Virus record (IMG/VR): IMGVR_UViG_3300048833_000100 | Span: 1 to 64,000 of that record | Source: a virus | DNA length: 64,000 nt | Strand: one strand, 5' to 3' | Shown here: positions 48,374 to 57,606 of the stretch, piece after piece | Layout: the number at the start of each line of letters is the position of its first letter | Position numbering within the stretch: the stretch's first letter is position 1 | Position numbers and translations under genes: made by a program | The notes under the pieces: model-generated | Databases searched by the model: none | What the model was told of the DNA's origin: nothing | Seen by the model: only the letters and a program-made list of their open reading frames with translations

Positions 48374-48396
48374 CTGCGGCCTGTGGGCCGCAGCGG
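48374..48396 (+). promoter_or_regulatory. Early hairpin promoter candidate 4
   Basis: CTGCGGCC-TGTG-GGCCGCAG-CGG. Confidence 0.7.
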
Positions 48397-48439
48397 ATAG
48401 GAGCACGGTGCTCTGTCCGCAATCATGGAGACTACCCAA

Positions 48440-48862
48440 ATGGCACAATCCCTGCGCAACCAGAACTTCGCTGGCAACCGTTCCTCGAACCGTCCGTTCT
48501 CGCGGGACAACCGCGCCAACGACGACCGTGAGGAAGAGGCTCTGCCGCCGGCCGACTATTGGCTGAACGTGGGCTTCACCCAAGTCGATCCCGAGACCGG
48601 TGAAGAGACCTTCGTCTCGCTGTCCCGCAAGGGCATCCCGTCGGATGCACTGAAGATCTCGTCGGGCAGCGGCCCGATGTCGAAGGCCAAGAACAAGGCC
48701 ATCACGATGCTCGATGACCGCGCCATGGCGATGGAAGCGGGCGATGTCTGGACCACCCGCCTGCAGGTGCAGGTCCGTCGTGTGGGCACCACCAATGGCG
48801 CCGCACCGCTCGAAGAGGACAACCCGTTCATCGACGCCATCCGCGCTCTCTTCGCCGACTGA
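48440..48862 (+). CDS. N4 gp2-like ssDNA-binding coactivator of RNAP II (Drc-like)
   Basis: 'A.YWLNVGF..FVSL..GIP.D..L.VQVRRV' matches the N4 gp2 pattern. Confidence 0.85.
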   Translation: MAQSLRNQNFAGNRSSNRPFSRDNRANDDREEEALPPADYWLNVGFTQVDPETGEETFVSLSRKGIPSDALKISSGSGPMSKAKNKAITMLDDRAMAMEAGDVWTTRLQVQVRRVGTTNGAAPLEEDNPFIDAIRALFAD

Positions 48863-48871
48863 TCCGGCACA

Positions 48872-48906
48872 GCCCTATCCCTTCGGGGGTAGGGCATCCC
48901 TTTTTT
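48872..48906 (+). terminator. Intrinsic terminator
   Basis: GCCCTATCCC-TTCG-GGGGTAGGGC followed by T6. Confidence 0.8.
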
Positions 48907-48972
48907 CCATCCCCTTCCTGACCCGGCACTCGGGATAGTCATTCTACCCTCGATAGTCCGGTTGGCGTTGCT

Positions 48973-48992
48973 CCGGCCTGTGGGCCGGTTGG
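48973..48992 (+). promoter_or_regulatory. Early hairpin promoter candidate 5 (upstream of RNAP1)
   Basis: CCGGCC-TGTG-GGCCGG-TTGG. Confidence 0.65.
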
Positions 48993-49135
48993 GTGGTTGG
49001 CGTGGCTCTGGCCATGTCTGTCACCTAAGGACGCCCTAAAGACGGTCCTCACTCATGACCCTCGACTGTCCTAAAGGACCAGACCTTGGAAAGATCCAGG
49101 GTCTGTCCTGAACCATGCCCAGAAGGGAGAGACCC

Positions 49136-50029
49136 ATGAAAGACTTCGATCGGGACTACGATACCCTCGAGATTACCGACCTGTTGCCCGAGCTCGCAGA
49201 GCTCGAAGACATCAATACCGAGACCTCCACTCAGATCGAGCTGGAGAAGCTCCACTGCAAGTATCAGCAGATCCCGGCCATGCGGGAGGACTTCGCACGG
49301 GACCTCACCGGGACCATCGAGGCGACCGGACTGCCTATGGCTTTCTGCCTGCAGCTCCTCGTCCAGATGGCCCTACACCGCACCGCGGATGTTTCGACCA
49401 TGGTCGGCATCCTGCGGCCGCACTTCGAGGACAAGGAGAAGCCGGCACAGGCCTGTGCCGATGCCATCTGGGAAGCCTGCGGCCACGACCTCCTCGACTA
49501 TGACGACGAACGTCAGAAGCTCGTCATGGCCTATGATGTGGACGATGAGACCCATCGGATGATCGAGCAGTTCATGTATCCACTGCCCATGGTCGAACCT
49601 CCTGCAGAGGTGAAGACCAACCGGCACACCGGCTACAAGACCATCAAGGGCTCCATCATCCTCAAGCACAACCACATCGAGGAAGATGTCTGCCTCGACC
49701 ACATCAACCGGATGAACGCCCAGGAACTCAGGCTGAACACCAAGATCGTCTCGATCATGCAGAACAGCTGGGCGAACCTGGACAAGCGCCAGGAGGACGA
49801 GACCGTGGTCGAGTTCCGGGCACGGCAGAAGGCCTTCAAGAAGTTCGACCGCACCTCACGGGATGTTATCGACCTCGTGTCGATGCAGTCCGAGAAGTTC
49901 TGGCTGACCCACAAATACGACAAGCGCGGGCGGACCTACGCCCAAGGCTACCACATCAACTACCAATCCGGTGACTGGCACAAAGCCATGATTGAGTTTT
50001 ACCGGACAGAGCAGTTGAAAGAGGCATGA
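49136..50029 (+). CDS. RNA polymerase II subunit 1 (N4 gp15-like)
   Basis: 'YPLPMV.PP', 'DVCLDHIN..N', 'LTHKYDKRGRTY.QGYHIN'. Confidence 0.92.
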   Translation: MKDFDRDYDTLEITDLLPELAELEDINTETSTQIELEKLHCKYQQIPAMREDFARDLTGTIEATGLPMAFCLQLLVQMALHRTADVSTMVGILRPHFEDKEKPAQACADAIWEACGHDLLDYDDERQKLVMAYDVDDETHRMIEQFMYPLPMVEPPAEVKTNRHTGYKTIKGSIILKHNHIEEDVCLDHINRMNAQELRLNTKIVSIMQNSWANLDKRQEDETVVEFRARQKAFKKFDRTSRDVIDLVSMQSEKFWLTHKYDKRGRTYAQGYHINYQSGDWHKAMIEFYRTEQLKEA

Positions 50030-50032
50030 TAC

Positions 50033-50061
50033 CCTGTTAGGGTAAATATACCCCTACAAGG
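50033..50061 (+). promoter_or_regulatory. Hairpin sequestering the RBS of the endonuclease gene
   Basis: CCTGTTAGGGTA-aata-TACCCCTACAAGG overlaps the AAGGA SD. Confidence 0.55.
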
Positions 50062-50069
50062 AATCCAAC

Positions 50070-50687
50070 ATGAAGATCTGCAAAGACTGTGGTGAGTCCC
50101 TACCACTCACCGCATTTCGGCCCAAGCCGTCCAACAAGGATGGCTTGGAGCCACGCTGCAAAGCCTGTCGAAACATACGATACAACAAGGCAGACCCACA
50201 CAGGGTCTTCCGCAAAATCTACAACAGTCAGCTGCTCAATTCAGTAGGTCGGGGGCATCCGCCACCGGCATACACCTATGAAGAGCTCATTGCTTGGGCA
50301 GACCGACAGCCACAACTCTGGGAGCTTTGGCATGCCTATGTGGCATCAGGATACCAAAAGGAGTTGAAGCCGAGCTGCGATCGTCTGGACAACAACCGCC
50401 CATACGAGCTCGACAACCTCGAGATCGTGACCTGGGAGGAAAACCGGGCAAGGGCAGCCAGGGACAAAGCAGCCAACACCCTACTGGTGAACCACCGCCC
50501 AGTAGCCGCATACAATCTCGATGGCTCCAAACATAGAGAATACCCATCCATCACAGAAGCCATGAGAGAAGTCTCAGGGAATATGTGGGGCATCTCCTCT
50601 GTGGCCAATGGAGTGCCAGTCAGAGATGGGCGCGGCCACCTCTACACACCCAGAACCTATAAAGGATTCATTTGGAAATGGATCTGA
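50070..50687 (+). CDS. Free-standing HNH-like endonuclease with Zn finger and NUMOD1-like C-terminus
   Basis: CKDC..CKAC, 'PSCDRLDNNRPY..DN...VTW.EN', 'Y.SI.EA..I..V..Y.GF.WK'; low GC. Confidence 0.85.
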   Translation: MKICKDCGESLPLTAFRPKPSNKDGLEPRCKACRNIRYNKADPHRVFRKIYNSQLLNSVGRGHPPPAYTYEELIAWADRQPQLWELWHAYVASGYQKELKPSCDRLDNNRPYELDNLEIVTWEENRARAARDKAANTLLVNHRPVAAYNLDGSKHREYPSITEAMREVSGNMWGISSVANGVPVRDGRGHLYTPRTYKGFIWKWI

Positions 50688-50764
50688 ACATCAACCCGCA
50701 GGGGAACGACTGGCAGAAGGCCATGATCGAGTTCTTCCATGCTGAACCTCTGAAGGAGATTTGA
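50688..50764 (+). pseudogene. Displaced duplicate 3' end of the RNAP1 gene
   Basis: Reads INPQGNDWQKAMIEFFHAEPLKEI* versus INYQSGDWHKAMIEFYRTEQLKEA* at the end of RNAP1. Confidence 0.85.
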
Positions 50765-50767
50765 ACC

Positions 50768-51046
50768 ATGGGAGATCATGGAGACGACCTTTGGGACATC
50801 GCTTTCGAGGATAACCTGGCACAGCATAACGATGTCTGGCCCGAGGACTATGTTCCCAAGACCTGGACCACCAACGAAGGCAGGATCCTGCTCCTCACGG
50901 AGATGACAACCAGCCACATCTTCAACTGCATCGAATGGCTCAAGAGACGGCCGTTCCCTGACAAGCCAAAGATCAAGCAGATGATCGCAGCCTTCGATGC
51001 GGAGCTGGAACGGCGCCAAACCGAAGCCCAATCACGGGAGGAGTGA
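50768..51046 (+). CDS. Hypothetical protein
   Basis: 'WTT.EG......EM...H..N...WL' phage-type motif. Confidence 0.7.
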   Translation: MGDHGDDLWDIAFEDNLAQHNDVWPEDYVPKTWTTNEGRILLLTEMTTSHIFNCIEWLKRRPFPDKPKIKQMIAAFDAELERRQTEAQSREE

Positions 51047-51049
51047 ACC

Positions 51050-51367
51050 ATGGGGAAACGATCCGAGATGCTCCGGTTGGAGCTGAACCTGACTGCCCAG
51101 AAGCTGAAGGTGGCTGATGCCTCCAGGATGTCGACCTACTGGGCTACAACCAATCAGGTGGCCGACCTCCTGAAGCGCAACTTCACCGCCAGCGGTATGG
51201 TTCTCCACGTCACCGATCTGACCGGGAAAACCCTCATCAATCCCGTGATGATCTCCGACGGGCTCAGTGAGGCAACCCTGCGAGCCATCCATGCCGACAT
51301 CGTCCGTAGCTACGACTTGGCGGCATCGTTCGGTCCCATCAAACCCCTCGATCCACCGAAGGAGTGA
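51050..51367 (+). CDS. Hypothetical protein
   Basis: GGAGG SD; 'V.I.DGLS..T..AI..DI.RS'. Confidence 0.7.
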   Translation: MGKRSEMLRLELNLTAQKLKVADASRMSTYWATTNQVADLLKRNFTASGMVLHVTDLTGKTLINPVMISDGLSEATLRAIHADIVRSYDLAASFGPIKPLDPPKE

Positions 51368-51370
51368 GCC

Positions 51371-51745
51371 ATGACACGAATCTCCAAATCCCACGCTGCT
51401 ACAGCCCATGCTGTCTATGGGGGGATAAAGAAGCTCAATCTTTCGGATGAGAAGAAACGGATCTGGGCAGAGGCCTTTGACCGGATGATGAACCCGCCAC
51501 CAGTGGAGGGGGAAATCATCGGCCGAAGCCCTGCGGAGATCTGGTTCAACGATGAGCTCGCCAAACCCGGCAGCTTCCACATCAAGAGCTTCGACTTCGG
51601 GTCACCGCCCTGGTCTCAGGAGCGCATCACTCCGGTCGACACCACCCCTGACTGGAAACATCCCATCCCAACCAATCGGGCAGGGAATACCCCATCTCTC
51701 GAGGCCCGCCTCAAGGCTCGAGCCAAGCGCAAGAAACGGAAGTGA
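51371..51745 (+). CDS. Hypothetical protein
   Basis: AGGAG SD, basic tail. Confidence 0.65.
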   Translation: MTRISKSHAATAHAVYGGIKKLNLSDEKKRIWAEAFDRMMNPPPVEGEIIGRSPAEIWFNDELAKPGSFHIKSFDFGSPPWSQERITPVDTTPDWKHPIPTNRAGNTPSLEARLKARAKRKKRK

Positions 51746-51749
51746 CATC

Positions 51750-51965
51750 ATGAGACTGGACACACCAGAACGGGCCAACCTGTTCGGATCGGCACAACGG
51801 GCTCACAAACATCTCGGTGTGCTCTTCCAGAACCCGATGGAGCTGGACAAGGACATCATCCAGGAAGAGATCTCCATCGCGGAGAGCTACCGGGATCAAG
51901 AGATGGCCCGCTACAACAACTACATCACCAAGCTCAACGAGCTCAAAGCTCGCATCAAGGATTGA
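51750..51965 (+). CDS. Hypothetical protein
   Basis: Tightly packed 71-aa ORF. Confidence 0.6.
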   Translation: MRLDTPERANLFGSAQRAHKHLGVLFQNPMELDKDIIQEEISIAESYRDQEMARYNNYITKLNELKARIKD

Positions 51966-51969
51966 TCAC

Positions 51970-52149
51970 ATGATCGTCATCACCCTCGGCAATGGAGCCG
52001 AGTTCTACATCACCCAGGACAAGCGCATGGGCATCCGTCAGGTGACCAATGGCCAGATCACCAGTGATGTGGCTCTCGGCACTGCAACAGAGAAGCGGCT
52101 GGATACAATCCAACTGCACATGAACTCGCTCCGGCCTCATCTGGACTGA
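51970..52149 (+). CDS. Hypothetical protein
   Basis: AAGGA SD, 59-aa ORF. Confidence 0.6.
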   Translation: MIVITLGNGAEFYITQDKRMGIRQVTNGQITSDVALGTATEKRLDTIQLHMNSLRPHLD

Positions 52150-52205
52150 GTTCTACCGAACCACAGCACAGCACACCAACTGCAGAACATACCAGGAGAT
52201 ACCCA

Positions 52206-53471
52206 ATGGCTTTCCAAGAGTTCACTCCGATCCAGTATCTGATGATCGACATCGCCAACAACGCTGGCCAAGACAAGGAAGACTGGGATCTCCGCCTGCA
52301 ATGGTTCGAGATCCATGAGGCCCAGATCCGCGAGATCGCCGAGCTGGCCCAGACAGCGCCCAAATCCATCCCGAGCCACCCCCTGGTCAAATATGCCAAG
52401 GAGAACGGCGAGCCCTCGCTCTTCGTCGCAGGAATCCTCGCATGGGATGCTGCCCGTCAGGGCAAGGAGATCGGCTATCCAATCTCCCTCGATGCCACGG
52501 CCTCGGGTGCCCAGCTTCTGGCTCTCCTCGTGGAGTGCGAGAAATCGGCCCTGCTCTGCAACGTGATCGACTCGGGCAAGAGGGAGGACCTCTACACCAA
52601 CGTCTATCACCTCATGCTGGGCCGCATGCCTGACCAGGCAATCTCGATCACCCGGCAGCAGGTCAAGGACGCTGTCATGCCCTCGTTCTATGGTTCACGG
52701 GAAGCCCCGATCCGCACCTTCGGAGAAGGGGAGCGGCTCCAGTGCTTCTACGATACCATGTCCCAGGACCTGCCTGGCCTCTGGGCTCTGAACAACGCCC
52801 TGATCGAGCTCTGGAACCCCCGCACTCGAGCCCACAGCTGGGTGCTCCCCGACAACTTCCATGTCCGCACCAAGGTCATGGATGAGCGGGAAGAGCATGT
52901 CCAGTTCGCAGGCGCCCTGCATGTGGTGACCACCAAGGTGAACCGGCCGAAACCCTTCGGTCTGGACATCGCTGCCAACTCGATCCACTCGATCGACGGC
53001 ATGGTGGTCAGGGAGATGTCCCGTCGGTGCTCCTACAATCCCGACAAGATCGCAGCCCTGATCCGGCTGACCTCCGGTATCTCCCCGCACAGACCCAACC
53101 GCAACAGCCCGAACCACGACCTCGTGGAGACGCTGTGGCAGCACTATCTGGACTCTGGCTTCCTGTCGGCTCGTATCCTCGAGCTGCTGGATCCCCAGAA
53201 CATCCACCTGGTCGATGCGGATGTCATCCGGGGCATGATCAAGACCCTGCCGGAGAAACCGTTCCCGATCCTCTCGGTCCACGACTGCTTCCGCTGCCAC
53301 CCCAACTATGGCAACGACCTGCGCCGGCAATACAACCAGATCCTGCATGACATGGCTCAGTCCGATCTCCTGAGCTTCATCGTCAGCCAGATCTCGGGCA
53401 CCCGCATGAAGGTCCATAAATACGGCAAGATCGCCGACCGGATCCTCGAGACGAACTACGCCCTCAGCTGA
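52206..53471 (+). CDS. RNA polymerase II subunit 2 (N4 gp16-like)
   Basis: 'QYLMIDIAN..G.DK', motif A 'LDATASGAQ', motif B 'R..VK.A.M..FYGS', motif C 'VHDCF'. Confidence 0.95.
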   Translation: MAFQEFTPIQYLMIDIANNAGQDKEDWDLRLQWFEIHEAQIREIAELAQTAPKSIPSHPLVKYAKENGEPSLFVAGILAWDAARQGKEIGYPISLDATASGAQLLALLVECEKSALLCNVIDSGKREDLYTNVYHLMLGRMPDQAISITRQQVKDAVMPSFYGSREAPIRTFGEGERLQCFYDTMSQDLPGLWALNNALIELWNPRTRAHSWVLPDNFHVRTKVMDEREEHVQFAGALHVVTTKVNRPKPFGLDIAANSIHSIDGMVVREMSRRCSYNPDKIAALIRLTSGISPHRPNRNSPNHDLVETLWQHYLDSGFLSARILELLDPQNIHLVDADVIRGMIKTLPEKPFPILSVHDCFRCHPNYGNDLRRQYNQILHDMAQSDLLSFIVSQISGTRMKVHKYGKIADRILETNYALS

Positions 53472-53515
53472 TGCCTCGTTCCATCCCCATGTCCCTATAG
53501 GGATGGAACTACCTC

Positions 53516-53556
53516 GATGCCCCACCCGCTTCCGCGGTGTGGGGCATCTCTTTTTT
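53516..53556 (+). terminator. Intrinsic terminator after RNAP2
   Basis: GATGCCCCAC..GTGGGGCATC followed by TCTTTTTT. Confidence 0.8.
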
Positions 53557-53755
53557 CCCCCATATACCCACCAAGAAACAGCCTACTTCAGGACAGTCAC
53601 GAAGACAGTCGCAGGTCCATCAATAGGGGCTACTGGAGGGAAGGACCTCATCCTATCGCCGATCCAGGAAGAGTCCAGAGCCAAACCACCAACCCGGTCA
53701 GGGTTGTTTTGTGGTTGTTGGCTCCAGCGACCAGCCCCGAACCATGGAGGTCACA

Positions 53756-53983
53756 ATGATCACCCACCTGCCGACCCGTCGCGTGACGGACCTGAAGATC
53801 CAGCACATCACGGCAGGACCCGGTGGTCCCGTGGTTGCCTCGAACCTCACCTACAAGATCGACGGGAAAAACAACTCAGCTCGGGTTCCCTGGGCTGCAG
53901 CCAGCCCGGCCGCCGAGATGCGCCGCATCGAGGAGGCATTGAAAAAACAGTCGGGGAGGGGTCCCAAAGACCCCGCGGCGTGA
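53756..53983 (+). CDS. Hypothetical protein
   Basis: GGAGG SD. Confidence 0.65.
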   Translation: MITHLPTRRVTDLKIQHITAGPGGPVVASNLTYKIDGKNNSARVPWAAASPAAEMRRIEEALKKQSGRGPKDPAA

Positions 53984-54022
53984 TAATCATACCACATCAC
54001 ACCACACCGAGAGGATTGAGCC

Positions 54023-54415
54023 ATGGGCACTCCCAAGCTGAACACCGTCCCGAAAGACATGGTCGCCGAGGCCAAATGGATGAAGGAGAACTTCACCTAC
54101 AAGCCCGACGGCATGGCTGACGAATGGGACATCGGCAAGACCGTGGGAGACTGTGAGGACTATGTCCTGAAGCTGCTCCAGCGTCTCTGCGGGGGCAGCA
54201 AGTCCAAGGTGATCAAGATGCTCCTCAAGGGCAAGGCCCGGATCATCTACACCAAGACCAAAGGCGGCACCGGCCACGCCGTCCTCGAATACCAGGGCTT
54301 CTACATCTGCTCCCGCTATCAGACCTGGAGCAAGTGGCGGCCGGAATACACCGTTTTCAAACCCTACAACCGGACCATGCTTGCTCTCAAGCTGGCCCTC
54401 GGAAAGGTCATCTGA
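54023..54415 (+). CDS. Transglutaminase-like cysteine protease (BTLCP/C93-like)
   Basis: 'Y.PD...DEW', 'GDCEDY', 'GHAVL'. Confidence 0.7.
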   Translation: MGTPKLNTVPKDMVAEAKWMKENFTYKPDGMADEWDIGKTVGDCEDYVLKLLQRLCGGSKSKVIKMLLKGKARIIYTKTKGGTGHAVLEYQGFYICSRYQTWSKWRPEYTVFKPYNRTMLALKLALGKVI

Positions 54416-54418
54416 ACC

Positions 54419-54538
54419 ATGGATACCCGTGACATCGACATCGTCCCCGCCACCGGCCTCGTGGCCATCATCGCCATCTGCTCTGCAGGTGGCGCCATCA
54501 TCGGGCTCCTGACCGGCTTCTTCGTCTGGGCCTTCTGA
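54419..54538 (+). CDS. Small membrane peptide
   Basis: 39-aa hydrophobic ORF, TGATG-coupled. Confidence 0.5.
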   Translation: MDTRDIDIVPATGLVAIIAICSAGGAIIGLLTGFFVWAF

Positions 54539-54954
54539 TGGCCGACGACATCCTGAAACGCAGCCGCAGGGTCTCCCTGACGGTGCAAGAGATCCTATTC
54601 CTCCAGGGGGCTCTTTCCATTGGCATCCAAGCCAATCAGTCCGAGAAGCTGCACGAGAAGCTCTCCCGCATAATGCGGGAAGAGTGTGATCCTGAACGTC
54701 ACCGCCTCGTTGAGGCCTACCGCAATGCGGTCGAGGCCAAGGACGGAGAGATCGAAGTCGACGCAGACGCTGAGGTCAGCCTGAGCGATGACGACGGTGC
54801 CTATGTCCAGGTCTGGATGTGGGTCTCCAACTCACAGGCTGGCCTCATCACCGAGATCACCTGCATGTCCTGTGGCGACACCACCAACAGTGACGACAGC
54901 CCGGACGGTGAACGCTGCCCGGACTGCTACAACCGAGAGGTCGACCACCCATGA
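54538..54954 (+). CDS. Hypothetical protein with C-terminal Zn ribbon
   Basis: 'GEIEVD.DA.VS...D.GAYVQ.W.WV', CxxC..CxxC. Confidence 0.7.
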   Translation: MADDILKRSRRVSLTVQEILFLQGALSIGIQANQSEKLHEKLSRIMREECDPERHRLVEAYRNAVEAKDGEIEVDADAEVSLSDDDGAYVQVWMWVSNSQAGLITEITCMSCGDTTNSDDSPDGERCPDCYNREVDHP

Positions 54955-55103
54955 CAGCCCAGACCCAATGGATCGTGGTCATCTTCCTCTTCACCCTTGG
55001 GTGGATGACCCACCACAATGCCCTCGAAGCCCACAGACACACCCACGAGCTCGCCTGCCACGTCGGTGCTGAAGAGCTCTGCAGCTGGCACAGATCCAAC
55101 TGA
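54951..55103 (+). CDS. Small His-rich membrane-anchored peptide
   Basis: 50-aa ORF, ATGA-coupled, GAGG SD. Confidence 0.45.
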   Translation: MTAQTQWIVVIFLFTLGWMTHHNALEAHRHTHELACHVGAEELCSWHRSN

Positions 55104-55226
55104 GCCAGCTTCTCAAGATCCCCCTGCTGCAAACCTAGCCCGTGGGTGGCGGGCTGCGGCCTGAGTCACCGCAATCCATCCAGTGGCAGGGGGACCCTGA
55201 CCACGCAGCCCTGTGAGGAATGAACC

Positions 55227-56033
55227 ATGGCACTTAAGACCCTCCAAGACAAAGCTGAGGCACTGGCAGCCGAATACCTCGAGCGAGTGAGGATGCACGA
55301 TGAGTTGACCGGCGCTTGTGCCGATCTGCGTCGTGAGCGGGCCAAGGACATTCGCGATTTACATGAGGCCACCGCCAACACCCTCACCGCTCTCCTTGCC
55401 CGCGCCGAAGCCGCAGAGGGTAAGATCGAAAATGCCGGGCAGGCGATGGCTGAAACACAACCGTCTTGGGAATACCGCTGTCACGCAATCACTGCGGCAC
55501 TCGGCATGGATTTTGGTGGGCCAACCCCAGATGGCATACCTGAGGAACACACTTGGTATTCCCACAATCTGAAACGAGCCAATTCAGAGCGTGATGCCGC
55601 CGTTTTGAAATCCCATCAATACAAGGCCGAACGAGACGCCGCGTTTGCCGAGGTCGCCCGCCTGTCCACCCCACCGGATGATGCGGAGGTGGCGGCACTG
55701 TCCGCATTTCACGATTGGTCCAATAACCATGCGGCGGACTGGAAGATGGGCGCGCTCAAAATGAACGGTAAGTTTAGCCGCTTCATGGACCCGGACACTG
55801 ATACTGCATGGATCGGCTTCAAAGCTGGCTTTCTCGTCGCCCTCGCCCGCCTGTCCCACGCCCTCGCGGCGGAGCGGAAGCTGGCGGATGATGCTGTGCA
55901 TGAATTGAAGCACGCACGGGCCGTTCTCCGACATGAACAATACCTAGATGATCCGGGGCGTGAGGCCGTCATCGCCCGCCACGCGGCCCGCAGGAAGGAA
56001 GAAACCCTCGTCAAGCATGGGAGCAAGACATGA
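55227..56033 (+). CDS. Hypothetical mosaic coiled-coil protein (prophage accessory type)
   Basis: GAGG SD; atypical codon use. Confidence 0.7.
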   Translation: MALKTLQDKAEALAAEYLERVRMHDELTGACADLRRERAKDIRDLHEATANTLTALLARAEAAEGKIENAGQAMAETQPSWEYRCHAITAALGMDFGGPTPDGIPEEHTWYSHNLKRANSERDAAVLKSHQYKAERDAAFAEVARLSTPPDDAEVAALSAFHDWSNNHAADWKMGALKMNGKFSRFMDPDTDTAWIGFKAGFLVALARLSHALAAERKLADDAVHELKHARAVLRHEQYLDDPGREAVIARHAARRKEETLVKHGSKT

Positions 56034-56425
56034 AGATCAAGCGATACCGTATGGTGAGAGACCCGTGGAACCACGCGCACATGACGGCGCGTGATGACGG
56101 CGAATTTGTTCTGCACGAAGACCACCTCGCCCTTGTCGCAGCGGTAGAGCATGAACGTGATAACGCCCTTGGTATTGTGGCCTCTGCTTATGCGGCTGGA
56201 TATACACAGGCGGAGTCTGGTCTCCCAAGCCACGCAAATCAACACACAGCAGCCCAAGCCGCCCTCACTGCGATTGAGCGGGCGGCTTATGAACGGGGCG
56301 TGCGGGATGCGGCAGAAAAGTGCGATGCCGTGCGCAACCACGAGGACACGACCGAAGATGAGTCTGTCGGCGCTCTGTGCTGTGCGTTAGAAATCCGCGC
56401 CCTACTCACGCAGGAGGGGCGGTGA
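56030..56425 (+). CDS. Hypothetical protein
   Basis: 'M....DGEFV..EDH', 'G..DAA..C..A.EIRAL' accessory motifs. Confidence 0.7.
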   Translation: MKIKRYRMVRDPWNHAHMTARDDGEFVLHEDHLALVAAVEHERDNALGIVASAYAAGYTQAESGLPSHANQHTAAQAALTAIERAAYERGVRDAAEKCDAVRNHEDTTEDESVGALCCALEIRALLTQEGR

Positions 56426-56667
56426 TGGTCGGCGGATACATTTTGCAGGTCACTGAAATACGCCCCGGCGTTGCACAGATTTGGGTGCAAGGCACCGGAA
56501 GCGAACAGCACGACGAATTGGCAGTCGATGTAAAGATCGCGCCAGTCATGCCAAAGCCCGGCGATAGCTGCTGGTGGCAAGGCCGCAAGTGCTACTGCGC
56601 CAAGGACACAATCACTTTGGAGCGCGTCGGTTACAGCTATGACCCGCGCAAGCAGGAGGGGCGGTGA
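56425..56667 (+). CDS. Hypothetical protein
   Basis: Bounded by 19-bp direct repeats that contain SD, stop and start. Confidence 0.7.
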   Translation: MVGGYILQVTEIRPGVAQIWVQGTGSEQHDELAVDVKIAPVMPKPGDSCWWQGRKCYCAKDTITLERVGYSYDPRKQEGR

Positions 56668-56915
56668 TGGACAAGCCCAAGATCATCGAAACCCACATCC
56701 GCAAATGCCGCGTGGTGATCGACAAGCGCACCTTGGAGCGCATCGTCAAGGAATGGGCGATGAAACAGGCCGGGTTCTATGAATATGCGACCGGCGCTGA
56801 AATCAGGTTCCCCGACGCGACAGAGGGAAGCCCACCTTACAAGGTCGGCACCTACTGCACGGTTGACCTGACCGAGGACCAGATGCTGATACCGAAGGAG
56901 GCCACCCATGACTGA
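56667..56915 (+). CDS. Hypothetical protein
   Basis: AGGAGG SD, TGATG overlap. Confidence 0.7.
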   Translation: MDKPKIIETHIRKCRVVIDKRTLERIVKEWAMKQAGFYEYATGAEIRFPDATEGSPPYKVGTYCTVDLTEDQMLIPKEATHD

Positions 56916-57261
56916 CCTGATCACCGAGAACGCCCGGCTGCGGGCGGCGCTGGAAGCTATCTACGAGATCACGGTTGAGCCAGCGGAAACGGACCACAAG
57001 AACGTGCGAGGCTGGATTGAAGTAACTGCCCGCAACGCCCTTGCCACGCCCGCCCCTGACGCGGTGCAGGAGGCCGCGAGGGTGCCGGAAATCGCGGCGC
57101 TGATCGAGGCGGCGAAAGCCCTGCACCGTGACATGCTAGAGCGGGCGCAACTCAAGATCGACACGATCAGCGGTGATCAATACCGCATCGTCAATTCGGG
57201 CCGCACCGCTTGGGCCGACTTCGACGCCGCCATTCGCGCCATCGCAGGAGACCGCACATGA
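56908..57261 (+). CDS. Hypothetical protein
   Basis: 'ENARLRAALE.I', 'VPEIAALIEAA'. Confidence 0.7.
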   Translation: MTDLITENARLRAALEAIYEITVEPAETDHKNVRGWIEVTARNALATPAPDAVQEAARVPEIAALIEAAKALHRDMLERAQLKIDTISGDQYRIVNSGRTAWADFDAAIRAIAGDRT

Positions 57262-57491
57262 GCAAATACTTCGCCAATATGAGGGGCCGCCAGCACGAAT
57301 GGCGGGTCGATGTCGCGGAGGCCTCAGTGGAGGACATGCGCGCTGACGGGATCGAGGTATTCGAGGCCGTCTACACCATCCCAGGATGGGTGGCCGACCT
57401 TGGCCTGACCCGCCCGTGGTGCATCATGCAGGATATCTGGGACGCGCCGACCCGCATCTGGAAACGGATTAAGCGAAAAAACCGCACATGA
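57258..57491 (+). CDS. Hypothetical protein
   Basis: AGGAG SD; bounded by 14-bp direct repeats. Confidence 0.65.
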   Translation: MSKYFANMRGRQHEWRVDVAEASVEDMRADGIEVFEAVYTIPGWVADLGLTRPWCIMQDIWDAPTRIWKRIKRKNRT

Positions 57492-57606
57492 GCATCGCAG
57501 CACTGATCTGCCAACTGATCGGGCACAGGTTCAGCTACCAAGGCTATGACTACTTCGGCAAGGGAGGAAGTATGGTTTGCAACCGTTGCGCCAAGGAGAA
57601 AGGCCA

